Part shown: piece after piece, positions 21,532 to 31,169 of the stretch
Numbering within the stretch: position 1 is the stretch's first letter
How the letters are laid out: each line of letters opens with the position of its first letter
Assembly (NCBI GenBank): GCA_001512635.1
Contig: LFSA01000061.1
Location: 747-64,746 of the forward strand
DNA length: 64,000 nt
Reading direction: 5' to 3'
Source: Pelotomaculum sp. DTU098
Lineage (GTDB): Bacteria; Bacillota; Desulfotomaculia; Desulfotomaculales; Pelotomaculaceae
Made by a program: the position numbers and the translations under genes
Notes under the pieces: generated by a model
What the model was told of the DNA's origin: nothing
Databases searched by the model: none
Seen by the model: the letters and a program-made list of their open reading frames with translations, nothing else

Positions 21532-21612
21532 ATTAGAATTATCACCTCGGCTCTATTATAATCCCATCAGAGTTATATTTCCAGGAATACAGGAATGCCG
21601 GCAATACCTTCA

Positions 21613-21641
21613 TTGACAAATTGACTTCTTTTGCATAAAAT
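21613..21641 (+). promoter_or_regulatory. SigA-type promoter of the hisS-aspS leader
   Basis: TTGACA (21613-21618), 17-nt spacer, TAAAAT (21636-21641). Confidence 0.6.
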
Positions 21642-21647
21642 GTTTTT

Positions 21648-21953
21648 CAGGCAACAATGAATCCAAAAAGACTTTAGATTTTTACACAGGTCTAAAGCAA
21701 TGACCGGGAAAAGTAGGCGCCCTGGTTTATGTCAGGGAGGGAGAGCCATCGACTGAAAGCTCTCCTCAATAAACAGGCGTTGAAGAACACCCGGGAGCGG
21801 TTCCCGAACGCGCCCTGGGCGCCAGTAGGCGGGCCCGGTAACCCCCGTTAAAGGGTCGAAAGGGAATACCAGAGGTTTTCCGAACAAGGGTGGCACCACG
21901 GATAAAACATCCGTCCCTGGCCATGCTGTCACATGGTCCGGGTCGGATTTTTG
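21648..21953 (+). promoter_or_regulatory. T-box riboswitch leader of hisS-aspS
   Basis: T-box sequence AAGGGTGGCACCACGG at 21887-21902. A long terminator stem at 21910-21949 is followed by TTTT. The Stem I specifier loop has AGUA on its 5' side and GAAGAACAC on its 3' side, with His codon CAC at 21788-21790. Confidence 0.85.
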
Positions 21954-21988
21954 TTGTTAACTGTTTATTTTAAAGGAGGCTTAGACCG

Positions 21989-23257
21989 ATGCTGACAACC
22001 CGTCCCCGCGGTACCAATGACATTCTGCCCGGAGAAGTAGAAAAATGGCATTTTATCGAGCACCAAATCCGCGCTATCTGCCGCGAATACGGGTACTCAG
22101 AAATCAGGACACCAATTTTTGAGCATACCGAGCTATTCCTGCGTGGTGTGGGTGATACAACTGACATCGTTGAAAAAGAGATGTACACCTTTATAGACAG
22201 GGGTAACCGGAGCATCACCCTGAGGCCTGAAAATACTGCGTCTGTTGTCAGGGCTTATCTGGAGGAAAACCTTTACGCCGGCCCCCAGCCGGTTAAGCTT
22301 TACTACTGCGGTCCCATGTTCCGTTATGACCGCCCCCAGGCCGGACGCTTCAGGCAGTTTCACCAGTTTGGGATTGAAGTTTTCGGATCCCACGATCCGG
22401 CGCTTGACGCCGAGGTCATGGCTATGGCTATGGATTTTTACGGCAGGCTGGGTTTGCGAAACCTGAAGCTGCTCGTAAATAGTATCGGCTGCCCTGAATG
22501 TCGCCCGGTTCTGCGTCAAAAGCTGCAGGATTATTTCCGGCCCAAACTGGACAACCTCTGCCACAACTGCCGGGAGCGTTTTAAAAAGAACCCTTTGAGA
22601 ATTCTGGACTGTAAAGAGAAAAAATGCTCAGCTGCCGGGGAAGGCGCCCCCGCGATCCTGGACTGCCTTTGTCAGGATTGCCGGGAACATTTCGAGGAGG
22701 TCAAGCGCCACCTGAAATTGCTGGATATTTCCTTTATCGTTGACCGGCGTCTGGTGCGCGGGCTGGACTACTATACCCATACAACCTTCGAAATCACTGC
22801 GGAGGACATTGGAGCCCAGAGCTCCATCGGCGGTGGAGGCCGTTATAACGGTCTGGTGGAAATCTGCGGTGGTCCCCCCACCCCTGGTATCGGCTTCGCC
22901 CTGGGCATCGAGCGAATTCTTTTGGCCTTGGAACGCCAGGGAATTAAGCTACCGGGTTTGACGCGGCCCGAAGTCTTTGTGGTTACAGCCGGTGACCAGG
23001 CTGCCGACGCAGCTTTCCGCCTGCTCTTCAAACTCCGCTCCGGCGGTATCCCCGCCGACAAGGACTACATGGGCAGAAGTTTGAAAGCCCAGATGAAGTA
23101 TGCCGGGAAAACCGGTGTAAGGTATGCCGTCATTATCGGCGAGGAGGAAGTGAAAAAAGGTTTAGTACTGGTCCGGGACATGAGAACGGGAACACAGGAG
23201 GCCGTAGCAGCAGACCAGGCGGTACAATACATTCAAAACCAAAAACAGCAGGGATAA
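21989..23257 (+). CDS. hisS: Histidine--tRNA ligase
   Basis: 422-aa class II aaRS with the motifs RGTNDILP, MFRYDRPQAGR.RQFHQ and GGGRY, plus an anticodon-binding C-terminus. Confidence 0.95.
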   Translation: MLTTRPRGTNDILPGEVEKWHFIEHQIRAICREYGYSEIRTPIFEHTELFLRGVGDTTDIVEKEMYTFIDRGNRSITLRPENTASVVRAYLEENLYAGPQPVKLYYCGPMFRYDRPQAGRFRQFHQFGIEVFGSHDPALDAEVMAMAMDFYGRLGLRNLKLLVNSIGCPECRPVLRQKLQDYFRPKLDNLCHNCRERFKKNPLRILDCKEKKCSAAGEGAPAILDCLCQDCREHFEEVKRHLKLLDISFIVDRRLVRGLDYYTHTTFEITAEDIGAQSSIGGGGRYNGLVEICGGPPTPGIGFALGIERILLALERQGIKLPGLTRPEVFVVTAGDQAADAAFRLLFKLRSGGIPADKDYMGRSLKAQMKYAGKTGVRYAVIIGEEEVKKGLVLVRDMRTGTQEAVAADQAVQYIQNQKQQG

Positions 23258-23334
23258 TAAATAACATGGCAGGAAAAGGCAAGCCTGTTTTCCAGTTACA
23301 TCATAGTTAAACTGTGCGGGAGGGCTCTTGAAAG

Positions 23335-25158
23335 ATGATTGAAGAACAGCAAATTGAATGGTTTAAACAAAGCCAGATCGATTCTATGGAAGGATTAAAG
23401 CGCAGCCACTACTGCGGTGATTTAAATACCAGCCACAACGGGGAAACAGTGGTCTTAATGGGCTGGGTCCAGAGCCGGCGCGACCACGGGGGCTTGATCT
23501 TTGTCGATCTCAGGGACATTAAAGGTATAGTCCAGGTGGTCTTCAGTCCTGATTTACACCAGGAGGCTTTTCATAAAGCCGAGGGGGTACGCAGCGAGTA
23601 CGTCCTGGCTGTGCGGGGAACTGTCAGAATAAGGCCGGAAGGAACAGCAAACCCAAACCTGGCCACAGGTGAAGTTGAAGTACTGGCCCATGAACTGCGG
23701 GTTTTAAACAAGGCCAAGACGCCGCCCTTTTACATTGAGGACGGGGTGGATGTTGATGAAAACGTGCGGCTCCGCTACCGCTACCTGGACCTGCGCCGCC
23801 CGGAGATGCAGAAAGCTCTTATTCTGCGCCACCGGGCAGCCAAGTCGGTCCGTGATTACCTAAACGAGCAAGGGTTTTTTGAGATCGAAACCCCGATGCT
23901 GACCAGAAGTACTCCGGAAGGCGCCCGGGATTACCTTGTTCCCAGCCGTGTTAATCCAGGCAAGTTTTACGCTCTTCCCCAATCTCCCCAGCTCCTTAAA
24001 CAAATTCTAATGGTAGCTGGGATGGACCGGTACTATCAAATTGTGCGCTGTTTCCGCGACGAAGACCTGCGGGCTGATCGCCAGCCTGAATTCACCCAGA
24101 TTGATATCGAAATGTCCTTTGTCAACGAAGATGAGGTTATGAGCTACATGGAGGGGCTGGTGGTCAGGCTTTGCCGTGACACCATAGGGTTAGATGTCCC
24201 CCGCCCCTTTTTGAGGCTTTCTTACCAGGAAGCTATGGACCGTTTTGGTACGGACAAGCCGGATACCCGCTTCGGCCTGGAGCTTGTAGACATTACCAGC
24301 ATTGCTGCCGGTTGCGGTTTCAAGGTCTTTGCCTCAGCTGTCGCCGGAGGGGGCCAGGTCAAGGGGATTAACGCCAAGGGTTGCGCTTCCTTCAGCCGCA
24401 AGGATATCGATGATCTCACAGCCTACGCTGCAATCTACAAAGCCAAGGGACTGGCTTACTTTATCGTCACAGAAGACGGAATAAAGTCTACCATCGCCAA
24501 GTTTTTTACAGAAGGCGAGCTACAGGCCATCCTGGCTAAAATGGAGGCCCGTCCCGGCGACCTTTTGCTCTTCGTTGCCGACAAGCCTCAGGTGGTGGCC
24601 GACTCTTTGGGAGCCTTGCGCCTGCACCTGGCAGAACGCCTGGATCTAATTCCACGCCATACCTTCAATTTTTTATGGGTGGTAGACTTCCCCCTGTTGG
24701 AATACGATCCCGGGGAGAAGCGTTATGTTGCTATGCACCATCCCTTTACTTCTCCAAAGGACAGCGACCTGCCGCTGCTTGAAAAAGACCCCGGCAAGGT
24801 CAAGGCCAAGGCCTACGATATGGTCCTGAACGGCGTGGAAGTAGGCGGTGGCAGCATCAGGATCCACCGCAGGGATGTCCAGGAAAAACTGTTTTCTCTC
24901 ATCGGGATCAGCCCCGAGGAAGCAAAGGATAAGTTCGGCTACATGCTGGAAGCTTTCGAATACGGCACCCCGCCCCACGGTGGATTCGCCTTCGGATTCG
25001 ACCGCCTTGTCATGCTGCTGGCTGGAAAGAAATCAATACGCGATGTAATCGCTTTTCCCAAAACCCAGAGCGCAAGCGACCTGATGACCCAGGCGCCCGG
25101 CCCGGTAACGGAGGCGCAGCTTAAGGAATTACATTTAAAGACGGTCCTCAGGAAATAG
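23335..25158 (+). CDS. aspS: Aspartate--tRNA ligase
   Basis: 607 aa with an OB anticodon domain ([17 protein letters not shown]), the motifs [16 protein letters not shown] and GGGSIRIH, and a GAD insertion domain. Confidence 0.95.
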   Translation: MIEEQQIEWFKQSQIDSMEGLKRSHYCGDLNTSHNGETVVLMGWVQSRRDHGGLIFVDLRDIKGIVQVVFSPDLHQEAFHKAEGVRSEYVLAVRGTVRIRPEGTANPNLATGEVEVLAHELRVLNKAKTPPFYIEDGVDVDENVRLRYRYLDLRRPEMQKALILRHRAAKSVRDYLNEQGFFEIETPMLTRSTPEGARDYLVPSRVNPGKFYALPQSPQLLKQILMVAGMDRYYQIVRCFRDEDLRADRQPEFTQIDIEMSFVNEDEVMSYMEGLVVRLCRDTIGLDVPRPFLRLSYQEAMDRFGTDKPDTRFGLELVDITSIAAGCGFKVFASAVAGGGQVKGINAKGCASFSRKDIDDLTAYAAIYKAKGLAYFIVTEDGIKSTIAKFFTEGELQAILAKMEARPGDLLLFVADKPQVVADSLGALRLHLAERLDLIPRHTFNFLWVVDFPLLEYDPGEKRYVAMHHPFTSPKDSDLPLLEKDPGKVKAKAYDMVLNGVEVGGGSIRIHRRDVQEKLFSLIGISPEEAKDKFGYMLEAFEYGTPPHGGFAFGFDRLVMLLAGKKSIRDVIAFPKTQSASDLMTQAPGPVTEAQLKELHLKTVLRK

Positions 25159-25221
25159 GCTTTAAAATGTATAGGGATGAAAATTTTGCAAACACTAACA
25201 ACAAGTTAAAGCTATTACCAC

Positions 25222-25250
25222 TTGAAAAGGGCAATATGTTATGTTAACAT
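25222..25250 (+). promoter_or_regulatory. Candidate promoter for the 6S RNA
   Basis: TTGAAA (25222-25227), 17-nt spacer, TAACAT (25245-25250). Confidence 0.4.
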
Positions 25251-25257
25251 TAAGGTG

Positions 25258-25447
25258 AAATAAAAAGCCCTACGATGTACGTGATAAACCTTGAAGTTTT
25301 TGCCAACACAATTACAATGGAGCCTGAGCTCTGAATGTGGCTTGCATGCCTCCACGATGTTGAGGAAGCAAAAAGCATTCAGGAGGGCATCCACCTTGGA
25401 GGAAGCAGGTTCAAACTTTTGGGAATTCACGGCATCAGTGGGGTTTG
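25258..25447 (+). ncRNA. ssrS: 6S RNA candidate (6S-1/bsrA-like)
   Basis: The non-coding aspS-tcdA gap is where I recall B. subtilis bsrA lying. The 5' arm AAGCCCTACGATGTACGTGA pairs with the 3' arm TCACGGCATCAGTGGGGTTT. Interior pairing includes CTGAATG/CATTCAG and the apical hairpin CCTC/GAGG, leaving a central unpaired region. The ends are approximate. Confidence 0.6.
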
Positions 25448-25468
25448 AGATGAGAGTTCTAAGCTGAC

Positions 25469-25517
25469 GGGTTTTCAGTTCCGGCTTGAACAGGCTGCAA
25501 CTGAAAACCCTTTGTTT
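25469..25517 (+). terminator. Rho-independent terminator after the 6S RNA candidate
   Basis: GGGTTTTCAGTT (25469-25480) pairs with AACTGAAAACCC (25499-25510), followed by TTTGTTT. Confidence 0.8.
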
Positions 25518-25558
25518 ATGATTGATGATTATTTGATGTCTTATTGAGGTGGAATAAG

Positions 25559-26302
25559 GTGTCTGTTCGTTTTTCCCGCACCTCTATGCTTATCGGCGAA
25601 GAAGGTCTTGACCGGTTGATGAGCTCCAAAGTTGCCATATTCGGGCTGGGCGGTGTAGGATCTTATGCTGTTGAAGGACTTGCCAGGGCCGGTATCGGTA
25701 ATTTTCACCTGGTGGACTTCGACCTTGTGGAGGAGACAAATATAAACCGTCAAATCCACGCCTTAACGAATACCCTGGGCAGGTTCAAGACAGAATTAAT
25801 GGCAGAACGGATTCTGCAAATAAATCCCGAAGCCACTGTCAGCACCCATTCTGCCAGATACCTGCCCGGCAGTGGAGAAAGCCTGATTCCTCCGGGTTTA
25901 GACTATCTTGTGGACGCCATTGATGATTTAGCCGCAAAGGTGGACCTGATTGCCTACTCAGTGAATAAAGGCATACCAGTTATTTCGGCCATGGGTGCAG
26001 GTAATAAACTGGACCCAAAATTATTTGAAGTTGCGGATATAGCTCAAACATCCGTCTGTCCTCTGGCCAGAAATGTCCGCAAAAGGCTGCGGGAGATGGG
26101 TATTAACCGGGGCGTGAAAGTTGTCTACTCAAAAGAGTTGCCCTTGCATCCCCTTTTACCTGACGGGAGTGAAGCGGGTAAGCCCAGCCCGGGCGTGATT
26201 GCCAAACGCGTTTGCGGCAGCATTTCCTTTGTTCCATCTGTTGCAGGTTTAATCATTGCCGGCGAAGTGGTTAGGGATTTATTGGAAATGAATACTGGCT
26301 AA
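25559..26302 (+). CDS. tcdA: tRNA threonylcarbamoyladenosine dehydratase TcdA (ThiF/HesA family)
   Basis: Motifs FSRT..LIGEEGL..L and the Rossmann GLGGVGSYAVEGLARAGIG...LVDFD.V.ETNINRQ. Start GTG 25559 follows a GAGGTGG SD; the ORF-track start is TTG 25544. Confidence 0.88.
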   Translation: MSVRFSRTSMLIGEEGLDRLMSSKVAIFGLGGVGSYAVEGLARAGIGNFHLVDFDLVEETNINRQIHALTNTLGRFKTELMAERILQINPEATVSTHSARYLPGSGESLIPPGLDYLVDAIDDLAAKVDLIAYSVNKGIPVISAMGAGNKLDPKLFEVADIAQTSVCPLARNVRKRLREMGINRGVKVVYSKELPLHPLLPDGSEAGKPSPGVIAKRVCGSISFVPSVAGLIIAGEVVRDLLEMNTG

Positions 26303-26471
26303 AAGTAGCTAGTGAAAAGAGGAACATTTCACATTATAATGAAGTAAAATTCAAAAACATCATTATATTCTGCTAATTTTTCTTCACATAATCCATAAAA
26401 AGCGTACCCTACTTATTAGTTTTAATAAATCTAGCTAAGTGCTGTAAATGTAAGGGCAAATTTATGTTTAA

Positions 26472-26501
26472 TTGACAAAGAGTTTTCAGAGGTATTATAA
26501 T
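26472..26501 (+). promoter_or_regulatory. SigA-type promoter upstream of thioredoxin
   Basis: TTGACA (26472-26477), 18-nt spacer, TATAAT (26496-26501). Confidence 0.55.
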
Positions 26502-26623
26502 TGAATGGGTAGATCCTCTAATAGGTAACTATTGCTTGATTATTCAAACTATTTAATGTGATTGTATTTTTGTGTGTATGGGAGAGTAGGATTACAGTAT
26601 TAAAGAGAGGGGAGAGGAAACCT

Positions 26624-26953
26624 TTGGCTAGCGAAAAAGTCATGATATTGAACGACTCTAACTTTAGCCAAGTGATCAGTGAAACCACATTGCCAATTCT
26701 GGTTGATTTCTGGGCAGAATGGTGCGGTCCGTGTAAAATGATTGGTCCGGTTGTTGAAAAAATAGCAGAGGAATTTGAGGGAAAAGTTCAGGTGGCCAAA
26801 CTGGATGTTGACGAAAATCACAGCATTGCCTCGAACTATAAGGTAGTAAGTATACCGACCCTGATTCTCTTTAAAGAAGGCAAAGAAATTGAGCGCTCCA
26901 TCGGTTACAAGAACGAGGAGGAATTACGGAGCTTACTGAACAAGCACGTATAA
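26624..26953 (+). CDS. trxA: Thioredoxin
   Basis: WCGPC active site (FWAEWCGPCKM) and a VSIPTL cis-Pro loop. Start TTG 26624 follows a GAGGGGAGAGG SD; ATG 26642 is the alternative. The ORF-track start 26558 looks too long. Confidence 0.9.
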   Translation: MASEKVMILNDSNFSQVISETTLPILVDFWAEWCGPCKMIGPVVEKIAEEFEGKVQVAKLDVDENHSIASNYKVVSIPTLILFKEGKEIERSIGYKNEEELRSLLNKHV

Positions 26954-27032
26954 TTTTTATTCCAGCAGCTAAGTAAGACTGATAATTACCACGGTTAGGA
27001 TTTTGACATATAAAAATATTCTTTTAGAGTTA

Positions 27033-27056
27033 AGCACGTGTAACGTGCTTTTTTTA
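27033..27056 (+). terminator. Rho-independent terminator after trxA
   Basis: AGCACG (27033-27038) pairs with CGTGCT (27044-27049), followed by TTTTTTT. Confidence 0.75.
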
Positions 27057-27142
27057 TTTAGCAAATGACGGTATGATTTAATCAAATCACAGGCCAAAAT
27101 AATAATCCTGATCTCAGGAAAAAGCAACGGGAGTGATTGAGG

Positions 27143-28453
27143 GTGAACCTGTTTGAACAGGCCATGGAAAAAAATCTTTCCACTACAGCCCCCTTAGCTG
27201 AAAGGATGAGACCCAGAACTCTGGAGGAGTTTGAAGAGCAGACTGAAATTGTAGGCAAGGGTACTCCTTTGAGACGTTCCATTGAAGCTGACAATTTGAT
27301 GTCCGTCATTTTTTATGGTCCCCCGGGAACCGGAAAAACGACTTTGGCCAGGATAATTGCCGGTATGACCAGAGCTCATTTTGAAATCATTAACGCCGTA
27401 ACGGCAGGGCTGGCAGACATCAGGCGAGTTGTGGAAGAAGCGAAGGAGCGCCGCTCCCTTTACAATAAAAAGACCATCCTGTTCATAGATGAAATCCACC
27501 GTTTTAATAAATTGCAGCAGGATGCGCTGCTTCCCTTTGTAGAAAATGGCCTGATTACCTTGATTGGTTCCACCACCGAAAATCCCATGTTCGCAGTTAA
27601 CCGGCCGCTCCTGTCGCGCTCCCAGTTGTACCGCTTCAATCTTCTCTCCAAAGGGGCTGTATTGCGGCTCTTAACCAGGGCCCTCGCTGACGAGGAAAGG
27701 GGACTGGGCCGCTACCGCACGGAAGTCCAACCACAGGCTTTAGAACACCTGGCCGGGGTAGCCAACGGAGATGCCAGGGTTGCTTTAAATGCACTGGAAC
27801 TGGCGGTTATGACCACTCCGCCCGATTCCGAGGGAATCCGCAGGATAACCCTTGCAGAGGCGGAGGAGGCCATTCAAAAACGTGTCCTGAGGTACGACCG
27901 GGAAGATGAGCATTACGACGTGATCTCTGCCTTTATCAAAAGCATGAGGGGCTCCGATCCCCAGGCCACTCTTTACTGGCTGGCCAGAATGCTCTATGCC
28001 GGAGAAGATCCCGCTTTCATTTGTCGCCGGATTATGATCCACGCCGCTGAAGACGTGGGGCTGGCCGATCCCCGGGCACTTCTTATCGCCTCTGCTGCAG
28101 CGCAGGCTGTGGAAAGGATCGGGATGCCCGAGGCCCGGATTGTGCTGGCCGAGGCAGCGCTTTACATTGCCGTCGCCCCCAAAAGCAATTCAGTGGTTAT
28201 GGGAATTGACAGGGCCTTTTCAGCTGTGGAGAAAGAACGTGCCGAACCGGTGCCGCCCCACTTAAGGAGTACGGGATATCAAGGGGCGGCTCTCCTGGGA
28301 CACGGGGTAGGCTATAAGTACCCCCATGATTATCCCGGCGGGTATGTAAAACAGGATTATTTACCTGATAATATGAAAGGGCGGGTTTTTTACGAACCCT
28401 CGGAATATGGATTTGAACGTATAATAAAGGAAAAATTGAACAAAATGAAATGA
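27143..28453 (+). CDS. rarA: Replication-associated recombination protein A (RarA/MgsA)
   Basis: AAA+ Walker [10 protein letters not shown] and Walker [12 protein letters not shown], with the MgsA C-terminal domain (HYD.ISAF.KS.RGSD..A.LYWLARM). Start GTG 27143, or TTG 27137. Confidence 0.93.
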   Translation: MNLFEQAMEKNLSTTAPLAERMRPRTLEEFEEQTEIVGKGTPLRRSIEADNLMSVIFYGPPGTGKTTLARIIAGMTRAHFEIINAVTAGLADIRRVVEEAKERRSLYNKKTILFIDEIHRFNKLQQDALLPFVENGLITLIGSTTENPMFAVNRPLLSRSQLYRFNLLSKGAVLRLLTRALADEERGLGRYRTEVQPQALEHLAGVANGDARVALNALELAVMTTPPDSEGIRRITLAEAEEAIQKRVLRYDREDEHYDVISAFIKSMRGSDPQATLYWLARMLYAGEDPAFICRRIMIHAAEDVGLADPRALLIASAAAQAVERIGMPEARIVLAEAALYIAVAPKSNSVVMGIDRAFSAVEKERAEPVPPHLRSTGYQGAALLGHGVGYKYPHDYPGGYVKQDYLPDNMKGRVFYEPSEYGFERIIKEKLNKMK

Positions 28454-28602
28454 CACCACAATTATCCTGATTCTGGATTCTATTGATCCTGCGCTACTGG
28501 TTGCGGGAAATTCAAAGAAACAGGCCAGCGGCATAAACTTTTGGCAATTAAGGGGATTTTGCTGGACTCTGCAAAATTCGCTTAGACAGAGTCATAATTA
28601 AA

Positions 28603-28631
28603 TTGACAATATCCTAGTACCGTGCTATGAT
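28603..28631 (+). promoter_or_regulatory. SigA-type promoter upstream of the Rrf2 regulator
   Basis: TTGACA (28603-28608), exact 17-nt spacer, TATGAT (28626-28631). It leaves a leader of about 140 nt before the start codon. Confidence 0.6.
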
Positions 28632-28773
28632 ATCCCTTGAAAATATGGAAGGGGATTAGAGCTACCCTGCCAGCAGCCCTGAAGTAATTGTGCCGGGGAG
28701 ATACCCCACAGGGCTCAATTACATAAATGAGACCATCTCTAAACTGGTTTGCTGGTTATAAGGGGGTATATTT

Positions 28774-29199
28774 TTGCGGCTTTCAAGCAGAGGACACTAT
28801 GGTCTCAAAGCAATGCTTGACCTGGCGCAGAATTACGGGGAAAAACCAGTATCTTTAAAAAGTATTGCCCTGAGGCAAAACCTATCCGAACACTATTTGG
28901 AACAACTGATTGCCAAGTTAAAAAAAGCAGACCTTGTAAAAAGCGTACGTGGCTCAAAGGGGGGCTACATCCTGGCCAGGGAACCTTCCCAGCTTACGGT
29001 GGGAGATGTTTTTCGCGCCATGGAAGGTCCAGTCGCGCCCCTGCTCTGCGTTAGTGAGGAGAACCCGGTTGGCTGTGACGAAGCGGATTATTGCATTACC
29101 CGTTCCGTTTGGGCAAAGGTTCGTGATGGTATAGTCTCTGTAATAGATTCCATTACGCTGGAAGATTTATGCCAGGAGGCAAAAAAATTTAAAAAATAA
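28774..29199 (+). CDS. Rrf2 family transcriptional regulator (IscR/CymR-like)
   Basis: 141 aa with the N-terminal wHTH MRLSSRGHYGLKAMLDLA ... SL..IA..Q.LSE.YLEQL...L.KA.LV.S.RG..GGY.LAR, and Cys residues (CVSEE..VGCDE..YC) that could ligate an Fe-S cluster. TTG start. Confidence 0.88.
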   Translation: MRLSSRGHYGLKAMLDLAQNYGEKPVSLKSIALRQNLSEHYLEQLIAKLKKADLVKSVRGSKGGYILAREPSQLTVGDVFRAMEGPVAPLLCVSEENPVGCDEADYCITRSVWAKVRDGIVSVIDSITLEDLCQEAKKFKK

Positions 29200-29341
29200 A
29201 GTAGAGAGAAGGAGATTGCTCGAACTATAAAAGTATCTGGGAGCCTGGGAAAAAGCAATATTAAGAGTTGTGATTTTCCTCAAATTCCAGCATGTTTCTC
29301 CTTTCTCCTTAATTCAAATGTAAAAGAGGAGGCCTGAATTA

Positions 29342-29719
29342 ATGTATAGTGAGAAAGTAATGGATCATTTTCAGAACCCCAGAAATGTCGGTGAGATCCC
29401 TGACGCTGACGGTGTTGGGGATGTGGGAAACCCTGTTTGTGGGGATACTACGAAGATTTATATTAAAGTTGAGGGGAATATTATTAAAGATATCAAATTT
29501 AAAACATTCGGCTGCGGCGCAGCCATTGCTTCCAGTAGTATGTTGACAGAAATGGCCAAGGGCAAGACGCTTGAAGAAGCTCTTCAAATTACGGATGAAG
29601 CGGTTGCGGATATGCTGGACGGGCTTCCTCCTCAAAAGATGCACTGCTCCAACATGGCGGCAGATGCTTTGCATAAAGCCATTGAAGATTACAGAATGAA
29701 AAAAGAAAAAGGTGCATAA
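29342..29719 (+). CDS. iscU: Fe-S cluster assembly scaffold IscU/NifU (N-terminal domain type)
   Basis: 125 aa with the motifs HF.NPRN.G, NP.CGD, FKTFGCGAAIASSS and MHCS..A..AL. Confidence 0.92.
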   Translation: MYSEKVMDHFQNPRNVGEIPDADGVGDVGNPVCGDTTKIYIKVEGNIIKDIKFKTFGCGAAIASSSMLTEMAKGKTLEEALQITDEAVADMLDGLPPQKMHCSNMAADALHKAIEDYRMKKEKGA

Positions 29720-29770
29720 ATAAAAACTTTAAATAAAATAAACAAATTATATTAATAAAACAAGTATAAG

Positions 29771-30883
29771 GTGAGTCCGGTGGGAGGCAAAAAAAAGGTA
29801 GTTGTGGCTATGAGCGGCGGAGTGGATAGTTCTGTTACCGCCGCCCTTTTATTAGAACAGGGTTATGAAGTGATCGGGGTTACGATGCAATTCCGGAAAC
29901 CGGAGGCAGCCCCGACAGAGGGGGGAAACGGTGGATGCCCAGACCCAAACCCGGTTGAAGATGCCCGGCGGGTTGCCGAACAACTGGGTATCCCCCATTA
30001 TGTCCTGGACTTCCAGGATATCTTCGAGGAAAAGGTAGTCAACTATTTTACCTCGGAATACCAGGGCGGGCGTACACCCAACCCCTGCATTGCCTGTAAC
30101 CGGCATATCAAGTTCGGAGCACTTTTGAAAAAAGCCTTTGAACTGGGAGCTGATTACCTGGCTACCGGTCATTATGCCCGGGTGGGTTTCAGCGACCACT
30201 TCGGCCGTTATACAATCCGCCGCCCGGTTGACCGCAAAAAAGACCAAACCTATGTGCTGTACGGCCTGACCCAGGAGCAGATTGCCCATGCTTTGATGCC
30301 CCTGGGTGAATACACTAAGGAACAGGTAAGGGAAATGGCGGCTGGCTTCGGCCTGCCGGTTGCAAATAAAGCTGAAAGCCAGGACCTGTGTTTTATCATG
30401 CAGGGCAGCTACCAGGATTACCTGCGGGAAAAAGCAATCAATTACAAGCCGGGGCCGTTTTTAAACTTGCAGGGTGAAGTAATTGGAACCCACAAAGGAA
30501 TACCATTTTACACAATAGGCCAGCGCAGGGGTTTAAACCTGGCGGCAGGAGAGCGTCTCTACGTGGTCCGGATCGATGCCGAAAACAATACCATTACCCT
30601 GGGGCCGGAAAAAGCTATTTGGGGAAAGTGTTTAAGAGCAGAAAATGCCAATCTAATCCTCTTTGAAGAACTGCCGGGACCAATTGAGGTGGAAGCCCAG
30701 GTACGCTACAACGGCCGCCCGGCCAAAGCTATTGTACAAGCTATGGACGGGAATGCTTTACAAGTCTGTTTTTTAACCCCCCAGCGTTCCATCACCCCGG
30801 GGCAGTCTGTTGTCTTTTACCTGGGTGATTACCTGGGTGGCGGTGGAATAATTGAGGAAACCATAGACAACGTTGAGCTCTAA
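29771..30883 (+). CDS. mnmA: tRNA 2-thiouridine(34) synthase MnmA
   Basis: PP-loop VVVAMSGGVDSSV, catalytic Cys motifs NPCIACN and DLCF, and KDQTYVL. GTG start. Confidence 0.93.
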   Translation: MSPVGGKKKVVVAMSGGVDSSVTAALLLEQGYEVIGVTMQFRKPEAAPTEGGNGGCPDPNPVEDARRVAEQLGIPHYVLDFQDIFEEKVVNYFTSEYQGGRTPNPCIACNRHIKFGALLKKAFELGADYLATGHYARVGFSDHFGRYTIRRPVDRKKDQTYVLYGLTQEQIAHALMPLGEYTKEQVREMAAGFGLPVANKAESQDLCFIMQGSYQDYLREKAINYKPGPFLNLQGEVIGTHKGIPFYTIGQRRGLNLAAGERLYVVRIDAENNTITLGPEKAIWGKCLRAENANLILFEELPGPIEVEAQVRYNGRPAKAIVQAMDGNALQVCFLTPQRSITPGQSVVFYLGDYLGGGGIIEETIDNVEL

Positions 30884-31051
30884 TCTTCCAATGCTGCCCC
30901 ACCAGGCAGAAAACTGCCCGCTTTTAACAGGAAGGGCAACTTTTTCAAGAAATTTTTATTAATTTTATTCAAATGCTCAGGTAAAACTGAAATGGGAGTT
31001 CTTAACTCTTTCTTTTAAATTTTATTCATTCATATCTTACTTTTCTGTTTT

Positions 31052-31110
31052 CAATCTGAAATGACCACCATTTAAGAACAGGTTTCATTTCTGATTGAAT
31101 TTTTTTTTTT
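31052..31110 (+). terminator. Strong Rho-independent terminator about 170 nt downstream of mnmA
   Basis: Imperfect stem CAATCTGAAATGACC (31052-31066) pairs with GGTTTCATTTCTGATTG (31081-31097), followed by 11 consecutive T (31100-31110). Confidence 0.75.
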
Positions 31111-31169
31111 GAGAGTGGGCATAATAGCTTTTAAAGGCCGAATAATCAGCCAGTTATTGGGATTTATCA

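Noticed and set aside
25239-25430. 63-aa minus-strand ORF in the aspS-tcdA gap.
   Set aside because: It has no SD and no recognisable fold. The region folds into a 6S-like rod with a plus-strand promoter and terminator.
26548-26561. A 14-nt exact match (ATTCAAACTATTT) between the trxA leader and 35799-35812, next to motif copy A.
   Set aside because: An exact 14-mer shared within 64 kb on both strands is expected by chance, especially in A+T-rich sequence. The flanks do not align beyond about 20 of 25 positions.
29200-29341. A remnant (pseudogene) of cysteine desulfurase between the Rrf2 regulator and iscU.
   Set aside because: Translating all three forward frames of the 142-nt gap gives only short stop-interrupted peptides with no NifS/IscS-like motifs. 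I report only the absence, not a pseudogene.
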